A stretch of 64,000 bases of DNA from Pyrinomonadaceae bacterium (GTDB taxonomy: Bacteria > Acidobacteriota > Blastocatellia > Pyrinomonadales > Pyrinomonadaceae): the NCBI GenBank assembly GCA_046313635.1, contig JBKBYA010000006.1, forward strand, positions 128,001 to 192,000, given 5' to 3'. The position numbers and the translations under genes are program-made. The notes beneath the pieces are model-generated. The model made no database searches. It was given only the letters and a program-made list of their open reading frames with translations, and was not told where the DNA came from. Each line of letters opens with the position of its first letter. Position 1 is the stretch's first letter. Below are positions 59,596 to 64,000 of the stretch, one piece after another.

Positions 59596-60279
59596 CTAAT
59601 CAATGTCTCCTCGACCCAAATACATCTCCGCGATCGCCAGGTCGTCGGCGTGGGTGATCTTGATATTTCGCGGGCTGCCCTCGACGATCGCGATCTCGGC
59701 GCCGAGCCGCTCGACGGCCATGCATTCGTCCGTGATCGTATCGTCGAGATCGGAAAGCTGCAGCGCCCGGCGAAGAAGTTCGATCTCGAACGCCTGCGGC
59801 GTCAAAGCCCGCCGCAGCACGCTGCGCGGCACGGTCTCGACGATCCGATCGCCGTCGACCCGCTTGATCGTGTCGGTCACCTCGGCGACCAAGCAGGCTG
59901 CGCCCGACCCTTCTGCCGCCGCGACCGTACGATCGATCTCGCTCGCGGTGACAAGCGGCCGTGCACCGTCGTGAACGGCGACGAACTTTGTTTCGACGGC
60001 CGCGGCGTCGAGCCCGCGGCTGACAGATTCGGCACGAGTGCGGCCGCCGGCGACGACGCCGTCAAGCTTTGAATACGAGCCGCGTTCGACGAGGTCGTCG
60101 ATCTTTTCGACATATTCGTCCGCCACTACTAGAACGATAGAGTTGATCGAGCGGCATCGCTCAAAACGCTCGAGCGTGTGAGCGATGACCGGCTTGCCGA
60201 GTAAGTTCAGGAACTGTTTTGGTGTGTCCGAGCCAAACCTGCTGCCGCGGCCGGCGGCCACAATTATGGCGGTGTTCAT
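59596..60279 (-). CDS. ispD: 2-C-methyl-D-erythritol 4-phosphate cytidylyltransferase
   Basis: AAGRGSRFG..PKQF, VHDGARP, DTIK, TPQAF, NIKIT. Confidence 0.96.
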   Translation of the reverse strand: MNTAIIVAAGRGSRFGSDTPKQFLNLLGKPVIAHTLERFERCRSINSIVLVVADEYVEKIDDLVERGSYSKLDGVVAGGRTRAESVSRGLDAAAVETKFVAVHDGARPLVTASEIDRTVAAAEGSGAACLVAEVTDTIKRVDGDRIVETVPRSVLRRALTPQAFEIELLRRALQLSDLDDTITDECMAVERLGAEIAIVEGSPRNIKITHADDLAIAEMYLGRGDID

Positions 60280-60304
60280 AGGCAGCGAGCTCGGGCGGAG
60301 GCGT

Positions 60305-61453
60305 TCAACTTTGGTCTTCGATTATGGTGGCCTGACGCAGGTCGCGGGTCGCCTTTCTGAATCCGACCGAGCGCGAATCGTGGATCGCGCTCGCGATCTC
60401 GGCCGAGTCTTCTTTCTCTTCCCACAGTCGGCCAAAGATCATCTTGCCGGCCGTCGTCTGCAGCACGCTCGTGACCGCGATGTCGGCCGTCTTGCCGATC
60501 AGGCGGCGAGCATTGTCGACGACGACCATCGTTCCGTCGTCAAGATACGCGACGCCCTGGTTGTACTCTTTGCCCTCTTTGAGAATAAAGACGCGCATCG
60601 CCTCGCCCGGCAGCACGACCGGCTTGACGGCGTTGGCGAGCTCGTTGATGTTCAGCACCGCGACGCCGCGGAGCTGCGAGACCTTGTTGAGATTGAAATC
60701 GTTGGTGACTATAACCGCGTCGAGCTGCTTGCCGAGCTCGATCAGCTTGAGGTCTACCTCGCGGATCGCGGGGAAATCGGTCTCGAGGATCTGCACGTCG
60801 AGCTTCGTGTTATTGCGCAGCCGCTGGAGCATATCGAGGCCGCGCCGGCCGCGCTGGCGCTTTGACGAGTCGGGCGAATCGGCGACCTGCTGAAGCTCGG
60901 CGAGAATAAAGTTCGGGATGATCAGCGTGCCGCTCAAAAAGCCCGTCTCGGCGACGTCGGCGATGCGTCCGTCGATGATGACCGACGTGTCGAGGATCTT
61001 GTAATCCTGCTTGATCGTCTTGTCGCTGAAGATGCCGCCGAGTGCCGTGAGATCGAGAAAGTCGCCCTTTGCAGCCCCCACCATCAATCCGATGTAGCCC
61101 ATAAAGAAGGCAAGCGCGATGGTCAAAAATGCCTTCATCTCGCCGGGCACGGTGTTGATGTCCTGAGCGCTGATCAGCATGCCGATCAGGTACGCACCGG
61201 CGATGCCCAGTATCGAGCCGACCGCCGCGCCGATCAAAGACTTGAGCGACGCGCGGCGCGCCCGAACTTCAAACGCGATGATCACGATCGCGACGGCGAG
61301 CCCCAATAATGCCGAGGCGAGCTTTTTTGCGCCGACGCTGTCGCCGACAAGCGCGGTGAGATGACTGCTGCCGGCGAGCGGATTAAGAAAGAACCCGCAC
61401 AGCGCGAGCAGCAGGATGAATGCGATCCGGATGATGAGGATATCGGTCTTCAT
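60305..61453 (-). CDS. Membrane PIN/TRAM domain protein (YacL-like)
   Basis: Four TM helices; ILDTSVIIDGRI, RGRRGLD, TNDFNLNK, GVAYLDDGTMVVV, SVLQTTAGKMIF. Confidence 0.93.
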   Translation of the reverse strand: MKTDILIIRIAFILLLALCGFFLNPLAGSSHLTALVGDSVGAKKLASALLGLAVAIVIIAFEVRARRASLKSLIGAAVGSILGIAGAYLIGMLISAQDINTVPGEMKAFLTIALAFFMGYIGLMVGAAKGDFLDLTALGGIFSDKTIKQDYKILDTSVIIDGRIADVAETGFLSGTLIIPNFILAELQQVADSPDSSKRQRGRRGLDMLQRLRNNTKLDVQILETDFPAIREVDLKLIELGKQLDAVIVTNDFNLNKVSQLRGVAVLNINELANAVKPVVLPGEAMRVFILKEGKEYNQGVAYLDDGTMVVVDNARRLIGKTADIAVTSVLQTTAGKMIFGRLWEEKEDSAEIASAIHDSRSVGFRKATRDLRQATIIEDQS

Positions 61454-61653
61454 TCGCGTGACGATTTTAGCACGAAATCTATTGTTTACTGCGCCGGGGG
61501 TCGATGCCGCGGGGGCTGCCCGTTTGAGCTTTTGAAGCGTCCGCATAGTTTGGCTTCGGTGCCACCTCGAGTCAAGCCGTGATGCGGTTAAAACATGCGG
61601 AATTACCGCATATTTTCAGTTTGCGGCGGGGCTGGGCTATCCTTTCGATACCG

Positions 61654-63027
61654 ATGGCAAAGCAGCCCAATACTATTTTTGTCTGCCAGAATTGCGGCCG
61701 TCAGTCGCGGAAGTGGCTCGGGCAATGTCCCGACTGCGGCGAGTGGAACGCCTATGTCGAAGAAGTATTCCGCCCCTCGGCGATCCCGTCGGGCGCGGGC
61801 CTGCGCCTCGGCCGCATACGCTCGTCGACGCCGGTGCCGTATTCCGAGATCGAATCGCAGGACGACGACCGCACCTCGACCGGCATTGCCGAGCTCGACC
61901 GCGTTCTCGGCGGCGGCATCGTGGCGGGCTCGCTCGTGCTGATCGGCGGAGCTCCCGGCATCGGCAAATCGACGATCGTCATTCAGATGGCCGATCATCT
62001 CAGCCACGAAGGCGCAAAGGTGCTCTACGTCTCGGGCGAAGAGTCGGAGCGGCAGATCAAGATGCGCGGTCTGAGGCTCGGGCTCGCGCCGGAGAATCTC
62101 TTTCTCCTGCCGGAGACCAATCTTGAAGCGATCCTCTCCGAGACCGGCCGCCTCGAGCCCGACCTCGTCATCGTCGATTCCGTGCAAACTGTATTCAGCG
62201 AGAATATCGAGTCCGCGCCCGGCAGCGTCTCGCAGGTCCGCGAGGTCGCGGGCCGCTTCATGCTGTACGCGAAGCAAACCGCTACGCCCGTCTTCCTCAC
62301 CGGTCACGTCACAAAAGAAGGCTCGATCGCCGGCCCCAAGACGCTCGAGCACATCGTCGACACGGTGCTCTATTTCGAAGGCGAGCGTCACTACAATCAC
62401 CGCATCATCCGCGCGACAAAGAATCGCTTTGGCGCAGCCAACGAGATCGGCGTCTTCGAAATGACGAATGCCGGCCTCTCGCCCGTACCGAATCCGTCCG
62501 AGCTGTTTCTGCAGGAGCGGCCCGAAGGCGCGAGCGGCTCGGTCGTCGCGGTCTGTATGGAAGGAACGCGGCCGATGCTCGTCGAGGTGCAGGCGCTCGT
62601 CACCGGAACGCGCAACGCGGCCGGCCGGCGAATGGCGCAGGGATTTGACTACAACCGCACTTCCCTTTTGATCGCGGTGCTCGAGAAGCGGCTCGGATTT
62701 CAGCTTGCCGGAGAAGATGTTTTTGTGAACGTCGCGGGCGGAATAGAGATCGACGAGCCCGCCGCCGATCTCGCGGTCGTCGCGTCGATCGCATCGAGCT
62801 ACCGCAACGCGCCCGTTCCGGCCGACACGGCGATCATCGGCGAGGTCGGGCTGACCGGCGAAGTTCGCGGCGTACTGCAGGCCCAGGCCCGCGCACGCGA
62901 AGCCCAGACTCTCGGCTTCAAAAAGCTGATCATGCCAATGTCGAACAAGTCAGGGCTCGAAAAGCTCCTCGGCCTGCGCGTCGTCGGCGTTCGCACACTC
63001 GAGGAGGCGATGGAAGCTCTTTTCTGA
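61654..63027 (+). CDS. radA: DNA repair protein RadA/Sms
   Basis: C4 zinc finger, GAPGIGKST, KNRFG, Lon-like C-terminus. Confidence 0.97.
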   Translation: MAKQPNTIFVCQNCGRQSRKWLGQCPDCGEWNAYVEEVFRPSAIPSGAGLRLGRIRSSTPVPYSEIESQDDDRTSTGIAELDRVLGGGIVAGSLVLIGGAPGIGKSTIVIQMADHLSHEGAKVLYVSGEESERQIKMRGLRLGLAPENLFLLPETNLEAILSETGRLEPDLVIVDSVQTVFSENIESAPGSVSQVREVAGRFMLYAKQTATPVFLTGHVTKEGSIAGPKTLEHIVDTVLYFEGERHYNHRIIRATKNRFGAANEIGVFEMTNAGLSPVPNPSELFLQERPEGASGSVVAVCMEGTRPMLVEVQALVTGTRNAAGRRMAQGFDYNRTSLLIAVLEKRLGFQLAGEDVFVNVAGGIEIDEPAADLAVVASIASSYRNAPVPADTAIIGEVGLTGEVRGVLQAQARAREAQTLGFKKLIMPMSNKSGLEKLLGLRVVGVRTLEEAMEALF

Positions 63028-63033
63028 TTCACG

Positions 63034-64000
63034 ATGTCAAAGCAAACGTTTTACGACGGTGACGACGGCGTGGCGCTGATCGTCGGCCCCAAGGCGACAA
63101 CGGCCCGATCGCCCGTTCACGTCGTTTACGGCGGGGCCGACCGATACTCGGCCCGGACGCCGCAAAAGCTCGGCGCGATCGCACGGCAGACGATGGCATC
63201 ATTTGCACGCGACGCGTCGGAGTTTGCAAAAGCAATAGGAATACCGATCACGCCCGACGCTTCGCAAGCGACGAAGATCTTTGACCTGACAAACGACAAG
63301 CTCGAACGTGAGGCGGTCGAGGACTTTCGCATCGACTTTGAGGACGGTTACGGCTTTCGCTCGGACGACGAAGAGGACTCGCACGCACGCTCGGCCGCCG
63401 AGCAGCTCGCGACCGCATTCGCCGAAGGCACGATCACGCCCTTCTGCGGATTCCGGATCAAGTCGCTCGGCCCGGAGACCGAGAGGCGCGCCGAGCGGAC
63501 GCTGACGTTGTTTCTCTCGACGCTGCTCGAAAGGACGGCCGGCGTGCTGCCGGAGAATTTTGTCGTCAACCTGCCGAAGATCACCGATCGCGACGAGGTC
63601 AAGCATCTCGTTTCGATGCTCGAGAAGATCGAGGACGACGCTCGTCTCCCGCACGGTGCGATCGGCGTCGAGCTGATGATCGAAACGCCCGAAGCGATCT
63701 TTGATCACAAAGGCCGCATGGCGATACCGCGGATCATCAAGGCCGCAAGAGGCCGCTGCCGCTCGATCCACTTCGGCGCGTACGATCACACCGCGTCGCT
63801 CGGCATCGCGGCGCGCTTTCAGGGTCTCGGTCATCCGGCCGCCGACCTTGCGCGACAGTTCATGCTGCTTGCGGCGGCACCGCTCGGCGTTCGCGTGTCT
63901 GATTCGGTAACGACCGAACTGCCGACCGTCGTGCATCGCGGCGACGATCTGAACAGCGAACAGCTCGACGAGAATCGCGCCGCAGTCCATCGCGGATGGC
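63034..64000 (+). CDS. HpcH/HpaI aldolase / citrate-lyase-fold protein (DUF6986-like), runs off the window
   Basis: Absent from the ORF track. Hand translation: PVHVVYGGA, EDFRIDFEDGYG, GFRIKS, LPKI, ELMIETP, HFGAYDHTASLGI. Confidence 0.75.
   Translation, partial: MSKQTFYDGDDGVALIVGPKATTARSPVHVVYGGADRYSARTPQKLGAIARQTMASFARDASEFAKAIGIPITPDASQATKIFDLTNDKLEREAVEDFRIDFEDGYGFRSDDEEDSHARSAAEQLATAFAEGTITPFCGFRIKSLGPETERRAERTLTLFLSTLLERTAGVLPENFVVNLPKITDRDEVKHLVSMLEKIEDDARLPHGAIGVELMIETPEAIFDHKGRMAIPRIIKAARGRCRSIHFGAYDHTASLGIAARFQGLGHPAADLARQFMLLAAAPLGVRVSDSVTTELPTVVHRGDDLNSEQLDENRAAVHRGW

Noticed and set aside
63199..63990. 263-aa minus-strand ORF
   Set aside because: Antisense to the plus-strand aldolase-fold gene starting at 63034

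Overview
GC-rich bacterial chromosomal window, probably Acidobacteriota Blastocatellia/Pyrinomonadaceae-like (inference from gene content and repeat style). Core content: a lysine/DAP operon (lysC, M20 deacylase, dapB, dapA, dapD, with trpF, a GxxExxY gene and an RNB exoribonuclease embedded); secA; coaD; an aminotransferase; several peptidases; a 4xPAS-GGDEF-EAL protein; an ElbD-type ether-lipid cluster; a wHTH-TPR regulator facing a small Cys protein and a 1496-aa secreted protein; nucleoside uptake/salvage genes; PIN/TRAM-ispD-ispF; and radA. No rRNA, tRNA or CRISPR array was recognised. The main signal is a set of inverted-repeat elements that sit in genes and operons without breaking them. 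(1) A REP-associated Y1/HUH transposase (RAYT) domain with intact motifs, no start or stop of its own and 44-bp inverted repeats lies in frame inside an acyl-CoA synthetase gene (8715-9539). (2) Cargo-free doublets of the same REP are translated in frame in that gene and in the ElbD-like gene 30 kb away. (3) A GxxExxY gene and a four-helix-bundle gene are each enclosed by their own inverted short tandem repeats inside operons. (4) Several cargo-free repeat families overlap start or stop codons. All functional calls come from motif recognition by eye; no database search was run.
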